Below, piece by piece: positions 40,101-53,400 of a stretch of DNA of 64,000 nt (positions are counted from its first letter, which is position 1; each line of letters opens with the position of its first letter). This DNA is from Camelus ferus (Eukaryota): assembly GCF_009834535.1 (NCBI RefSeq), contig NC_045697.1, positions 99,760,001 through 99,824,000 of the forward strand, given 5' to 3'. The notes under the pieces are model-generated. The model was not told where the DNA came from. It worked only from the letters and a program-made list of their open reading frames with translations, and did not search any database. The translations under genes and the position numbers were made by a program.

Positions 40101-40286
40101 TTCACTGCATCTTTGGCTTCTCATTACTTCCTCTAGTTGGTTTTAAATGTCAGTAAAACTTTAGCATATGGCAAGTTAAAAATTGATGCACTCATCAGAT
40201 TTGGTTTGGTAAACAAAATTTAGGTAATTACGTTAAACAGTATTTTCATAAAATATTTGATATTTACAAAGTAAATAAATACTCAC

Positions 40287-40417
40287 AAGAGTTTCTCCTG
40301 GTTTACACATCTTTACCTGAAAAAGGTCCCCCAAGAGCAAGTCTATGGGTTTATCTTTGTAGAACATTAAAAAAAAACGTATGAAGTCAGTTAAGTCCTC
40401 AGATTTGAATAGCTTTC
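40287..40417 (-). CDS. MGAT4D: MGAT4D exon 9 (131 nt): [43 protein letters not shown]
   Basis: Acceptor tttttctccatag|, donor |GTGAGT; MFYKxKPID motif; phase 1 to 0. Confidence 0.95.
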
Positions 40418-41978
40418 CTATGGAGAAAAAGTAAACAATACAAATAACCCTTGAGTGTTTACACTTATATATCATAACCCTTATATATAATTGTTCATTC
40501 CATTAACATGGGAAAAGAGTAAAAATTATTAAAACAACTATATGCTATATTTCTTAGAAATAAAGATTAAAGCATTAATGAAGTTGGAGAATAATGAAGC
40601 AAAATAATATAATGGTTTCAGTATTAAAAATTACCACTTCTGGGTGGAAAAAGTGTGAAACAAGTTTAGAATAGTGAATACTCTCTGAAAATCAACTTTG
40701 AAAACTAATGAAGACCAAGTGTAAGATATGTAAATAAAAATGGCAACTATAGGAGCTGTAATCTTTACTCAGTTTTTCAGAAACTGTGAATTGTAAACTG
40801 ACTTTTGTAGAACTGTATTAGTCTACCACATTTTTAAATTTTAATACTTAATTTTGATTACAGGGTTCTATCATTATTTAAAAATTATTTTATAAGAATG
40901 TTATTTTCCTTTTATATTTATGATTCTTAAATATTTACTACATTTTGGGGTATTATTTCATTACATCCAATTATTTATCTCTAAAATATTGCGTCTACAA
41001 TTGTAAAATAAAGTTGGAGGCATAATAGGTTGGAGGTAAATGTTCACTTTAAAGTAAACAGTGTGAAACACATTTAGCCATTAAATAAACGTGATAGTAG
41101 GTTGTAAGCAGTTTCATTTTTTTTCACTAAGACTTCAGTCTGTCTGGGTCATCTGATCAAGTGTAAGGCTGTATTTGAATTTTTTTGCACCCTTTTATAT
41201 AGTAACCAAAGCAAGTGATATAATGATAGAAATAGTTGACTTAATATTTATGTTTTCTTCATCTGCTGTCAGCATTCTGAAAATTCTATTTAGCAAGCTC
41301 AAATTTCTGGAAAATGTTAAATAACAGTACTGTTATTATGATAACCAAAAAAAAAAAGCCTTTGTAAATAAACGCTTAAATAAGACTTCAGTATCACATT
41401 ATGTTCCTTGTTCAGTGTGCTCTTGTGATGATCAGAATGTGAATATTCTCCATCTTTCTGGTACCTGACTTTGTGCAGAAAAATAAAAGGAATTTAAAAC
41501 TCTGAAAGTAATACATCAATAAAATTATTACCTCTCCAAGCTTTTCAGCAGGTATTACTGTTACCTAGAATTTTTCTTATTTTAACCAAAGCTGAGAAAA
41601 AAACAGACTTTAAGTCTTTGAGTTTCAGTATTTTCCTATGTAAAACAGAGAGAAGTACATCTGAGCCACTGCGGACAAGTGTGCCAGGCCCATAGCTGGT
41701 ATGTAACATGTGGTAGGTAGCTACTTTAGGTTTTTGTAAAATGTGAATATATGTCAACCTGCTTATTTTTATTGTCCATCTAGAAAAAAATTTGGTTTAA
41801 AAATACATTTTCTGAAATTCAGATCCATGAATCTGATTTCACTACTAAAGTAAAAGTATCTTTATAGAAATCATGCCATTCCTTGCCATTTAGTAACAAA
41901 CTCTCTGGTAAGTTCTTAAGAACTTAAGATTACTGTGTTCTAAAAAACTTGACCCCACAAAATAGATCCACTGCTTAC

Positions 41979-42093
41979 CTATAAATCCAAGAATTGAAAA
42001 CTCAATGTAAAACCAATTCTTTGAAGTGATTTTATGCACAAAATCTGTGATTTTTGTAAGGTACATCTTTTTAGCTATAATACCATCTTCTAG
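41979..42093 (-). CDS. MGAT4D: MGAT4D exon 8 (115 nt): [39 protein letters not shown]
   Basis: Acceptor ttttttttccag|, donor |GTAAGC; EFSxLGFIG motif; phase 0 to 1. Confidence 0.95.
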
Positions 42094-43401
42094 CTGGAAA
42101 AAAAACACAAAAAGACGTTAGTACCTTTGATGCTTCCATTGAACAAACTGTTAGCTTCAAAATTGAAAACACTTTCGATAGAATACACTGGAAAATGTCT
42201 TTATGAGGTAGAAGGTTGATTTCTAGTTCACTTCATTGAGGGAATTTCCTGTCAGTCAATTGTCCTTTTCTGATTCTGAGACCAGAGATTATCTGTTTCT
42301 TTCCTAAGTACTAAAAAGTAACAGGTAATCTAAATTCTCTTTGGGAGAGTCTATCTGAACCATTTTCATCCTCACAAATACTTGAGTTTCTAGTATACGA
42401 ATCACTGGCTTTACGTTTAGATGATGGGTGCCATATTGTAGTGCCAGATCCTGTGCTTGGCAAAGAGGTGACAAAAGGGAGCTAGCAACCTCATCTACAA
42501 CCAGCTGGCTAGAAGGACGGAGCCAGTAAGCCCAAAAACAGTCCTCCACAAGAGAGATGGGGGAAAGGGAAACTAGGATTTTCTTTCTAAATTTAATACA
42601 TATTATGTGGAATCTATAGATTAAGAGGGCCTCCTAAATGATTCAGGAAAACTGCACAAGTCCTCGGGCACAACACCAGGGCACAAAACAGAACTTGTTG
42701 TTTCAAAATGGGAAGAGTACATTGGCTGGACCTCACGTTTCAGTTCCATTGCCACTAACTAGGAATCAAAGGGGGTTTCTTCTTCTTCCAGTAAAGGAGA
42801 AGACCTGGCTTCAGGCCTTTTCCTAATCCCTCTCTCTATTCTCCAACGACACTCTGCAAACTTTTCTCACAGCTGCACACTTTCTCATGTAGTGAGGTAC
42901 ATACGTCGTGTTGGGAAACATAGTGTTGTTATTTAACAATATGCAGGAATGTAGGGTGTAGAAATTATACATAATTGATTTATTTCACAGATACAATCAG
43001 GCACTGTAGAACTGCATTACTCACGAAATGTGGCAGTGCAGGGTAGCAATGATAAGCATATATACTGTCTGACATACAATAAGTGCTCAAAATATGTTTG
43101 CTTAATCTAATATACTTGCAGGTAGAGAAATGTAAGCAGTACAATTTCTATTTTTTTCTAATTAAATAATTTATTTTCAGTTTGCTTCAGGTAACAATAA
43201 TTTCCTCTATTAATAGTGACCCAGCAAGAAGATTAATATAGAATCAATTTTAAGATTCTTTTTGGCGTTTTAATATAATGAATATTTTCTGTTTTCTGAG
43301 TACAAAGTAAGTGGAGGAAAACAATGAAGAAGGAAAGAATTGAAGGAGAGACGGAGAACATAATACTTCCACTTTAAATTACATATATAACAAGATCTTA
43401 C

Positions 43402-43477
43402 CTGTAAGTAATACATGGCTTTAGGCTGGGCATACAGCATCAAAAAACAAAAATCCAATACTTGTTTGATTCGCCAA
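43402..43477 (-). CDS. MGAT4D: MGAT4D exon 7 (76 nt): [25 protein letters not shown]
   Basis: Acceptor ttatctctag|, donor |GTAAGA; MGAT4 WRxKQxLD motif; phase 2 to 0. Confidence 0.95.
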
Positions 43478-44972
43478 CTAGAGATAAGCAATAAAATCTG
43501 TTAATACTTTTCATTATTATTTTTATTTATTTATAAGCACACTTTAGTAATTAAAAACATAACTTTTTTCTACACTTGACTAACAGAGAGTACTGCCTAC
43601 ATTAAGTGAAATTGAATACATTACACTAAAAAGTTATACTAGAAGGCTTCCCAAATTTATTCAGTGGACAGTGTCTGCCATTGCTAGAATGGGATAAGCA
43701 CAATCTATTTATTTTATGTTTTGGTTAGTTAATTTATGATCTCTATAATAAAGTTAACATTCTTCCTGATCTTAGGTCTTGTTCAAATGAAAGTATAAAG
43801 AAATGTCCTTCTAATTTAATACTAAGCTAGATACTAGGCCAGGTCCTGACGATCCAGAGAGCAAAGCACAGTGTAGTTCATGCTCTTCTGGGTCTCATAA
43901 TCTAGCATGAAAGACAGAAAAACCATAAAATTGGAACAATTAGATAAGTGCTATATAAAGACATTGACAGTGGTGAGTTACAATAAGATGGGGAGGACGG
44001 AGCAGAAGGAAGTAGGGCATTCGGTGTAGAGGAGCGGTGTTAAAAAGCACTCACGTGTGAAGGAGCATACCACCTTGGGTTCAGAGCACCAAGAGATGAT
44101 GGAAAGGAAGCTGGTGAAGGTAAGGTCAGCTGAGACCAGATCATGAAGGGTCTTTTATGATATGCAGGAAACTTTAGAATTGCTTTCATACGAAAAAGGA
44201 TTCTTCTGGCTACAGTATGGAGAATGACTTGGAGGAGAGGCAAGGCTAGGAATCAAGGAAAGTCAATAGATCTTTAATGGGCTGAACTAAGTCTGAGGCA
44301 GAGGAATGGGGATGAGAAGAATGACATAGAGAGAGAGATCTTTAAAACAGAAATGATGATAGAGATGAAAAGAGTAGAAGGAAAAATGAGGATCTAGGAT
44401 GTCTCCCCGCTTTATGACTCTAAAAATTGGGTATAATACAGGTCATTAATTAAAAGCAAAACAAAACCCTTAAAATATTTCTAGATTGACATACCATTTA
44501 TATTTAAAACAACAACAGTACTAATAAGTTTCCTGGGATAAGACCTTTTCCTGAATCTTAACATCTTGCTCTATTAAGTTTTGAGGAACCAAATTATTAT
44601 ACTTCTTGTAACACATACCACATTTCTAACCAAACGACAGCACTCCTTTGTATTATGTATAGAGCTTTCCATTTTCCAGAATTCTTTCATAAATACTACC
44701 ATATTTTATTTTCACAGTGTCTTTTCCATAGATGTAATATGGATTTTATTATACACACTAGAAAGTTGAGGAAGCTAAGAGAAAAAAAAGGCTAAATTAC
44801 TGCCTAGGATGCTTAGCAAACAGAAAAGCTGGGACTAGAATCTAGGTGCAAGCCAACAGGAGTTGGCTCCAGCACACCACTGTGTTGGAAACACTATCCA
44901 TCAGATGCTGATTCTAGCATTTCATCACATGAAGTTACTTATTTAAGGATACTATTCTCTAATATGTCATAC

Positions 44973-45086
44973 CTCTCTAGTTGTTGTGAGTCCTCAGTTG
45001 ATTGCTTGGTATGCAACATGTTTGGATAAAAATAAGCAGGTATTGAAATGACTTCTAAGGATCCAGACTTCAGTTGCCTTTTGAAC
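44973..45086 (-). CDS. MGAT4D: MGAT4D exon 6 (114 nt): FKRQLKSGSLEVISIPAYFYPNMLHTKQSTEDSQQLE
   Basis: Acceptor ctgtttatag|, donor |GTATGA; SGxLEVIS motif; phase 2 to 2. Confidence 0.93.
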
Positions 45087-45812
45087 CTATAAACAGAAGT
45101 GGAGGCTTATAACTGAATATTTGATTTGCCAAAATAACATAAATACTCAAGAAGAATTTCCTTATGTATGTCCACATAATATTATTTGAATTATTTCATG
45201 ATATACCCAATATCAACATTATAAAACTAATACTTTTAAAAATATTTAATTTATAATTTAGTGACAGGCATATCAAAACATTAAAATGTACAATATAAAA
45301 TTAATTTCCCCTTATAAAATTATAGGTATTTCGAATTTTTCAAGTGTACAATCAGATATGTACTCTAACAGATTCAAGATAATAGAATCACTTAGCATAA
45401 TACAGTAACCACAAAAGAGCAAGATCATTAGAAGATTTAAGTGCTTAATTTTGAGTTTAGTAAAAGTCCTACCAAATAGCAATGTGGCTCCTGAAATCAA
45501 ACTGCCACAGAAAGGATTAAGTGTGACTCTTGTCCACAACTCATTGCAGGAGTATGTATATATTTTAGGCTCTATTTTTAAAAGTTAATATTTATAGACC
45601 AACAAGGACATCATTAAAATGCATAAAATATTGCTCACAAAAACTGTAATATAAATCTTGTACCATCAAGGTCAAGAATAGAGACCAGATAGAGCATTTT
45701 AAATGATTTTCCTTTACAGAAAGATAATATGACCGTAGAGAGATTTAAATTTAGGCATTATTCATTAAAATGGAGCAGGACAGAGTTTTATATGCACGAT
45801 CTCAATTATGTA

Positions 45813-47667
45813 CAAAATAGTTCTCGCTTTACACAATTCTGATACGCACGAATTTCAATTACCACATTTTTGTTAAATAACACCAGCCTCCCCAACAACA
45901 CTGTTCAAATTTGAGCCATCATGGTATATTAACTGTGAATAATTGTATAAAGCACAAACTTTGCTTCTGGGCTCTTCAGTTCACAAATCACTACATAAAC
46001 GACAGATGCACATCATCTTCCATCATCGCATTACTTCTCTCCAAGTCTGCTGGTGATTGGTCCCCGTGCATCTGTTACTCAGTTCACTGATAGGCAGCAA
46101 AACATGCAGTTCTGTAGCCTCCCTGTTTTCCAGTGATAAACAAACCCACATGACAGTGAACAAAAATAAATAACCAAGGGAGAGAATTGGCCAACAGATG
46201 AACGTGCAGAAAGTGGTAATTTGGAAGTGACTCTGGGCGTGATTAGAAGACAGCGGGCCCTGGGCATGTTGAAACCTTTGCTCTCCAGAGACTCTAGACG
46301 TGCAGCCACAGGCACTTAGTGAAGGTGAACTTACCTGATATAAGTGAAGAAAAGGAGAAAAGGATGTCCTGTAGGATGTGATGCTGGCAAGGAACTTCAT
46401 ATTAAAGAAACTCTCAGAGATGTTTCATGACGTTGAAATGCAAATGATAAAATGTAGGAGCTAATTCAGACTCAAAAGGGGTATATCCTTTATCCAAGGC
46501 ATAAAAAAGATGTTCGCTCTGAATTTTAAGTTATACGACAAAAAGAAGGCAAACACTACTTAAACTACTTTTGATAAATATTCTTAAGGAAATACTTTAT
46601 TCTAAATGATTCCCATGTTTTATTTTTATTGAAGTACAGTCAATATAGTTCAATATTATTTTATAATATTATATTTACAATATTATATTCATTTCAGGTG
46701 TACAATATAGTGACTCAATATTTTTATAGATTACACTCCACTTAAAGTTATTACAAAATATATTGCTGTACAATATATCCTTGTTGCTTATTTATTTTAT
46801 ATATAGTAATTTGTGTCTCATAATCCTCTACCTTTATCTCACCCCTTCCCCTTCCCTCTCCCCACTGGTAACCACTAGTTTGTTCTCTGTGAGTCTGTTT
46901 GTTTTGTTATATACATTCATCTGTTTTTTAGATCCCAAATATAAGTGATTACATATAGTATTTGTCTTTCTCTAATATTTCACTAAGCATAATACTCTCT
47001 AATCCATCCATGTTGTTGCAAATGGCAGAATTCCATTCTTTTTATGGTTGAGTAATATTCCATTGTATATATACACCACATCTTCTTTATTCATTCATCT
47101 GTTGATGGGCAGTTGGGTTGCTTACACATCTTGGCTATTATAAATAATGCTGCTATGAACATTGGGACAGACATACTTCTCTGAATTAGAATCTTCATTT
47201 TCTTCAGACATATACCCAGTAGTAGAATTGCTGGATCATATGGAAGTTCTATTTTTAGTTTTTTAATGAACTTCCATTCTGTTTTCCATAGTGGCTGCAC
47301 CAATTTACAATCCCACCAATAGTGTGCTTTTTCTCTACATCCTCACCAACATTTGTTATTTGTGATCTTTTTGAGGATGGCCATTCTCACAGGTGGGAGA
47401 TGACATCTCATTGTGGTTATGATTTGCATTTCTCTGATGATTATCAATGTTGAGCAATTTTTCATGTGCCTCCATGTTTTAAATTTCAGTGTACTAAGTG
47501 AATATTAGCTTTACTGTATTTTTCATTTTTCTATACATTTATAATTGACAGAGTATTAAAAACTCTGACAAATGTTAAAGGTTATGGAAAAATTGTAATT
47601 CTTTCCCAGTGATTGTTAATATCAACTTGCATGCTCTCGCCCTATGGTGCAAATCAAGGATAGCCTG
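45813..47667 (+). mobile_element. TcMar-Tigger DNA transposon (MER82/Tigger-like), split by an L1
   Basis: Degenerate inverted termini caaaatagttctcgctttaca / tgcaaatcaaggatagcctg; internal Tigger-like aaaagaaggcaaacactacttaaactacttttgataa. Confidence 0.65.
46623..47471 (-). mobile_element. L1 ORF2 C-terminus plus 3' UTR with TSD
   Basis: ORF 47091..47303 ([22 protein letters not shown]) is the L1 ORF2 C-terminus; CCATGTTTTA at 46613-46622 and 47472-47481. Confidence 0.92.
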
Positions 47668-48737
47668 AATATGTATAAAGGCGCACACACACACAGAAGA
47701 AAGCATATACTCTGTTAAGTTATGGATGGCATCAAAAGTTCTTGAGATAATGATACCAAAATTACTAGTTGACAAAATTATTATTTGCCAAAGTTATTAG
47801 TTGACTGGAGATCATAATATAAATGTACTTTGTTGCCATTATAAATGAGTGATTTTACCTTATAGAAAAGAGTGGAATGTTTAAAGCTCTATAGTTTTAC
47901 ATAATGTACATAGTTATATACAGTTTCATATAAGGTTACACATAACCTTAATTGGGTCCCTTAAAAATTATTATATAGTCTCAAGTTTAGGGCCAACAAA
48001 ATTAAGAGCAATCCCTCATTACCCCCAAAGAGAAGATCTAGAAAAAACAGTTCATGGCTAAATTAAATATATAAAATGGGTGTGTAAGTGAAAAGTTACA
48101 CGTGTTTATATTAACTTAGGTACAATCACATAGTTAAAATTGCATATTATATAATGTGCTATTTTTAAATTATGGTTTAATTTAAGTCTCACAAAAAATA
48201 AAGAGTTTTATACCAACTTTTTATCCTACATTGTTAAATCTCCTTATCATCTCTGGTATTATTTTTTTGAATCATCAGACATAGTTCTCTGGTACACTTG
48301 ATCTTTAAGCTTAACTAAAATACGGCAACTTCTGAAACTAATAATGTTGTATATGAATATTGTATAGCAAAACATAAGTATTCTTACACATTCAGTAATA
48401 TTTTCATTTGTGATCTCCACCAGTAACCACATACTATAATTCTTTTTAAAGTCATCTTCGCAAGATTTGCAATGATATGCTCATAACCCCAGGAGTTATT
48501 TGTAAACCTTTGCCTTCTTTTTAAATGATTCTGTTAAGAATCTCTTATAATGATACCAAACTAGCATAGACTGAAGTCATTTCAGGCTCCAAACAGTGGA
48601 TTATTATTCAGAATAAAGCAACTGAGGAGGAGAGCCTGGAATATGAGAACATTTTAAGGACTCAAGTATAGGGCAACTTTTTTCTATAGGGAATTTTCTT
48701 TGGGGAAAACTAGACAAACGTGGTGTTTTATTCAATC

Positions 48738-48805
48738 TTGCCCAGCTGTCTCCCTTTACACACATCACCTATTGCCCAGCTGTCTCCCTTTACACACATC
48801 ATCTA
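48738..48805. repeat. 34-bp tandem duplication (2 copies, 1 mismatch)
   Basis: ttgcccagctgtctccctttacacacatca(c/t)cta x2. Confidence 0.95.
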
Positions 48806-49779
48806 CTTCAAGCCTTCTGATCTCAAGTTCATCTACTGCCAATAAATCCCTCATTCTCAATAATACGATTTTATCTCCTTCACAGAGAAAAGAAAAGCCT
48901 TTAAGCAGAGAATTCTTTCATTTCACCTTCCTTCCCCAAACTACTTTTTTTCCTACTCCTTCACTCATTCTTATCTCTTTGTTTTAGTCTTAGTCCTGCC
49001 TAAATCTCCTTCCATGCATACCTTGCATCCAATTCCCCGTAGACCCTACTCCATCAGCGTCCTCCCTCTTCACTGGAGCACACAGGAAAACACTCAAGTT
49101 GCTCCCATCTCAAAACTCCCCAAACACGTCTCCCCTCAAGCGAGTCTGTTTTAACTTTTCTCCCCATCAGTTAGGCTTGTTGAGAAAAGTCTAAGTTTTT
49201 ATATTTTTTATTATGAAAATTGCCAAAAACACACAAAAGTAGAAATTCAACAAATCCCAAATCACCTGGTTTCAACAATCATTCATTTTTCACCATACTC
49301 GTTCATCTATGCAGCCCCAAGTTTTCGCTGAAGTATTTTAAAACAAATCCTGGCCATTCTCATAGGTGGGAGATGACTTCAGTGTGAAAACTATAAACAT
49401 TCATTTATTTACATAGCTACATGACATTATCATATGCTACAAAACTAAGAATAATTACTTAATATCACTTAATACTTAGTTGATATTCACATATCCCCAG
49501 TAGTCTAACTAATGGTGGGGGTTGGAGGGTGGGGTGTTCAAATGAGTATCCACTTAAGTTCCTTACTGTAATTGGTTATCTGTTATTACTTTTTTAAACT
49601 TATTGTTTAGACCAGTCACATTAGTTTTCCTTTCTTTTTCCCCATGCAGCTGTCTTTTTGAAGGAAGTGGGTCAGTAGTCCAACAATGTCCCACATCCTG
49701 GAGGTTTGCTCTAGATTGCTTCCTCTATTCACTGTGTATACTCTAAACTGGAGTTTAGTTTAAAAGACTTGATTAGATT

Positions 49780-50257
49780 TGACAGAATAAAATTTATATT
49801 TTAAGGCAGAATGAGAAAATTTAAGCATACAATTCTCTGACCCAACCCTCCCTCCTAGCTTGAATCTGCATCTGTATTACACATTAACCAGACCTCCTCA
49901 AAGATGGGAATGCCTGCGCAACTGGAAAGCTTTTTCCGCCCCTTTCTTCTGATGTAACTTCTTAGATTAGCATCCTTTCCCAATTCTATAAGGGGTCATA
50001 GTAACTTATTGCTCACTTTGTATGTACTTACTTGGACTATATATCTTTAATGAACTTCACTTAGAATATCAGTATGTCATTTTGATGTACAATCCTTGTC
50101 TCAAAAATGTATATAACTGTGCATTTGGTTTCTAACAGGTGGAACAGTTCTCAGAGCTTCTGAGAGTTTGTCTCCAGGGTTATAATCCTCAATTTGGCTT
50201 GAATTAAGACTCCCTTTTTTCTTCTTAACTTGATTGTTAATTCAATTTTCATCCGCA
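49780..50257 (+). mobile_element. ERV1-class solo LTR (478 bp)
   Basis: TG...CA ends, 4-bp TSD GATT (49776-49779 and 50258-50261), TATATAA at 50110-50116. Confidence 0.78.
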
Positions 50258-52082
50258 GATTCAAGGTCGTTTTATTTCCTTTTGTTTTGTTTTGTTTTTT
50301 GGAGGATGGTGGGCAATGACTCCCTACATAATTCCTTCCTGGTGTGTTTCATTTGCATCGTAGCAGGAGGCACAGAATGCCTGACTCTCTAACTTGCAGT
50401 GACACTGAAACTAATCAGAGATTCAGGTTAGGGGACTCGAACCCTTTCTGCTGACTGTCCATCTGCTCTCAGCCCACACTCTCACACTCCTGCTCTGCCC
50501 AGTATTGTAGGGCGGGGTCTGCACCCCGCAATCCCAGGCCCCTTACTAGCTAGCTTCCATGTAGTAGGTCCTATGAGAGGAAGTAAGTAACAAGAGACTA
50601 GAAGGCAGTAAAAGAGGAAGACATGCTTCCCACACTTGGTTTATGGTGAAATCTCCAGCAGCAGCATGAAGCACAGCAACATCAGCACTGGCAGGAGCAA
50701 CGGAATTGGTGGAGGCACCAGCTCTGACAGAGGTGGCACCGTCAGAACCTGCTCTCAGGGCACTGAGCACAGTGCAGCAGCCCGTGCATCCAACGTCAGA
50801 CCTTGGGGTATAGCCCAACTCCCTTTATGCTTCTCCTGTCTCCTTTCTTCTCCTTTTTCTTCTATCAGCCCTTGTAAGCTTTTTTGGCCAATTCTTCGTA
50901 TTAAATTTTCTCTGTTCCTTCTTTTTGAACTACCAAAAGTTTCCTCTTTGGAAGCTGACTGGTACACCTTCCTTGTAAAGCTCCCCAACCACCTGTCACT
51001 TAGAGATATGCCTGAATCAGCTATGTTTCAAAATGCTGATCTTTTAATTCTATTCATTCTAAAGATACTAGCTGGAATTTTTTTTTTTTTTTTTTTACTG
51101 GAATAACCTTTCTTCATCCACTAAAGCTATTTGATGAGGAAAAAAATAAAGTGAAATACTGCTAGCTAAACTAAACATGTCTGTTAGCCAGATTCAGCAT
51201 GAAGGCCATGTTTGCACCCTATCCTGTAGCACAAATAACATATATTCCTCAGCAAGGCATGTAAGGCCTTTCATGATCTCGTCACGGCCTGCCTTATCTC
51301 CCATCAATCTTTCCTCCTTAATCTCAAACATCTACATTCCAGGATATGCTTACATTCCCCCAAATATAGCACACTCCCCTTTTGGCCCTTCTGTCTTCTC
51401 AAGCAATTCTATTTGCCAGGCATTCCCTTCTCCCATCTGCCCAAAGCACGTCTACCAATGCTTGGACTCAGCTCAACTATTACCTTCTCAAGAAAGTCCT
51501 TCTTGATATCTGCAGGTGGAGGGAAATACTTCCTCCTCTACCTGTTCTCATGCTGACCTCCTCTGCCATTACAATATCACTCGCTTCCTTGCTCTGATTT
51601 GTTTTTACCATCTGCACCGACCATTTGAATGTGAGGATTTGGAAGGCTGGGTCCATTCCACAGCATCATGCATGTTAGGTAACTTCATATGAGTTCATAG
51701 CATGTGCTTGTGCCTCCCCGGTTGCATACAGCAGGAGATTGTAAGCAGAAGCAGCAAAAGTAACCTCATACAGTAACGAACACAAGACTTTTTAAAAACA
51801 GCCCAGCAGGCTTCTCTCAGAGGCAATGGATTTCATGAGGAACAGATACTATAACAATAACAACATGACAAATATGGATTATCATAGGCAGAGAATGTAC
51901 AGAATTGGGGGGAAATTGCAAGCTATATTTCATCACAGCGTAGACAGAACTACAGGTTCTTCCTGCACAGCCGCACTCATTAAAAAGAGTATGACCACTA
52001 ATAAAATTATGTAATTGGACAGAAAATATAGAATAGAAAAATGAAAGAACAATTATTTTTAACTTTATAAGACTGTACTTAC

Positions 52083-52129
52083 TTTTTTGTAATCATGTCA
52101 ACCACAGATTTTAAATAATCTTCGTTACT
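52083..52129 (-). CDS. MGAT4D: MGAT4D exon 5 (47 nt): SNEDYLKSVVDMITKK
   Basis: Acceptor ttatttttag|, donor |GTAAGT; phase 0 to 2 bridges exons 4 and 6 exactly. Confidence 0.92.
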
Positions 52130-53380
52130 CTAAAAATAAGAAAAATATTTTTCTGAAACTGAGCATGTCTCATAGATCTACTAATACCTGTAAATCTAGT
52201 TCATGTGTGGAATGTCATTACGTCTTAATTTCTAGTGTTTTCACTTTCAACGAAAGAATTTAAAATATCCATGTGTCTAAAAGATCTTACTGGAACACTG
52301 AAAATATTTCATTCTCCCTTGGTCACACATCACCACACAGTATTTATACTTAAAAATTAGTATACAAAAATTTATATATCTAAAACAGTTTTGTCCTAAA
52401 AGGGAGATGGCTTAAAGAATTGCTCTTTTCTGGAAGTGTCTTGATTGTATGAGTGTTATACGCAATAAGCTTACTTCAAAATTATACCACATTTTTCCAG
52501 ATAGTATTTCTCAGCTTGATTCTCAAGTTTTCTTCCATCAACAAACTTTTTGTATCTACTCTGCTAGATTAGATGACGGATTCATTTGTAAGTTGCTTTT
52601 GCTGACTTATTCTCTCGGGTAACTTTTTAAAAAAAACATAACCTATGGTATTTACAAGATGTAGCCTCAGTGTCCAATATAAAATTCTGAAAATTTTTGA
52701 ATAATAATAGTTCTATTGACAAATCTAAGTATTCTGGAAGGCAACTTTGAATGTATATGGTTAGATTGCTTGTTTAAAACTATCAGTACGATGCAGAAAA
52801 TCCTATTATAGTACTTCAGGTTCTTAAGACAGCCAAAAATTGAATCACCAGCTATTTCTTGCACAGTGAAATATAGTACTACTAAAGTTATACTTCTTCT
52901 TAAGTATTCTATGTTCCATTTTAAAATTTGTCTCCCAATATTTTATTATTGGTCCAAAGATTTTAGGCAGATGTGCACTGTGTCAGCAGCAAAGAAATAG
53001 ATTACAGTATGTAATACAGGGAAATGTGATATAACATTTTAGAGATTATGTATATGCTTCCAATATTAAGAAAGTAAACTTAGAAAGAATGGTTGTTTAA
53101 TCTTTTATTTATGTTTTCATATTAGTTTTCCTATTGCTTGTTTGGTTTAGAGTTTTCCTAAAACTGTATTCAAAGAGTAAACTTGCAGTCAAAGATATGT
53201 TTATTATAAAAATTCAAACAACAGGGAAAAAATAAAGGACAACAAAGATCCCTTTAATCCAGATTTCCTTTGAGTCAGGGACAACCATTACGTATATTTT
53301 GGTTTTTCAAGCATGAAGGTTAGCTCATTCTCTTTTTTCTTTATATATTTCATCTGTCTGTATATCGTCTTTTTCTCTTT

Positions 53381-53400
53381 CCTTCCTTCCTTCCTTCCTT
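53381..53400. repeat. (CCTT)5 microsatellite
   Basis: Read directly. Confidence 0.9.

Noticed and set aside
47091..47303. 70-aa ORF
   Set aside because: Remnant of L1 ORF2 inside a truncated L1, not a host gene
50636..51106. 156-aa ORF, the longest in the track
   Set aside because: No ATG start, low complexity, runs into poly(T), no splice or homology support
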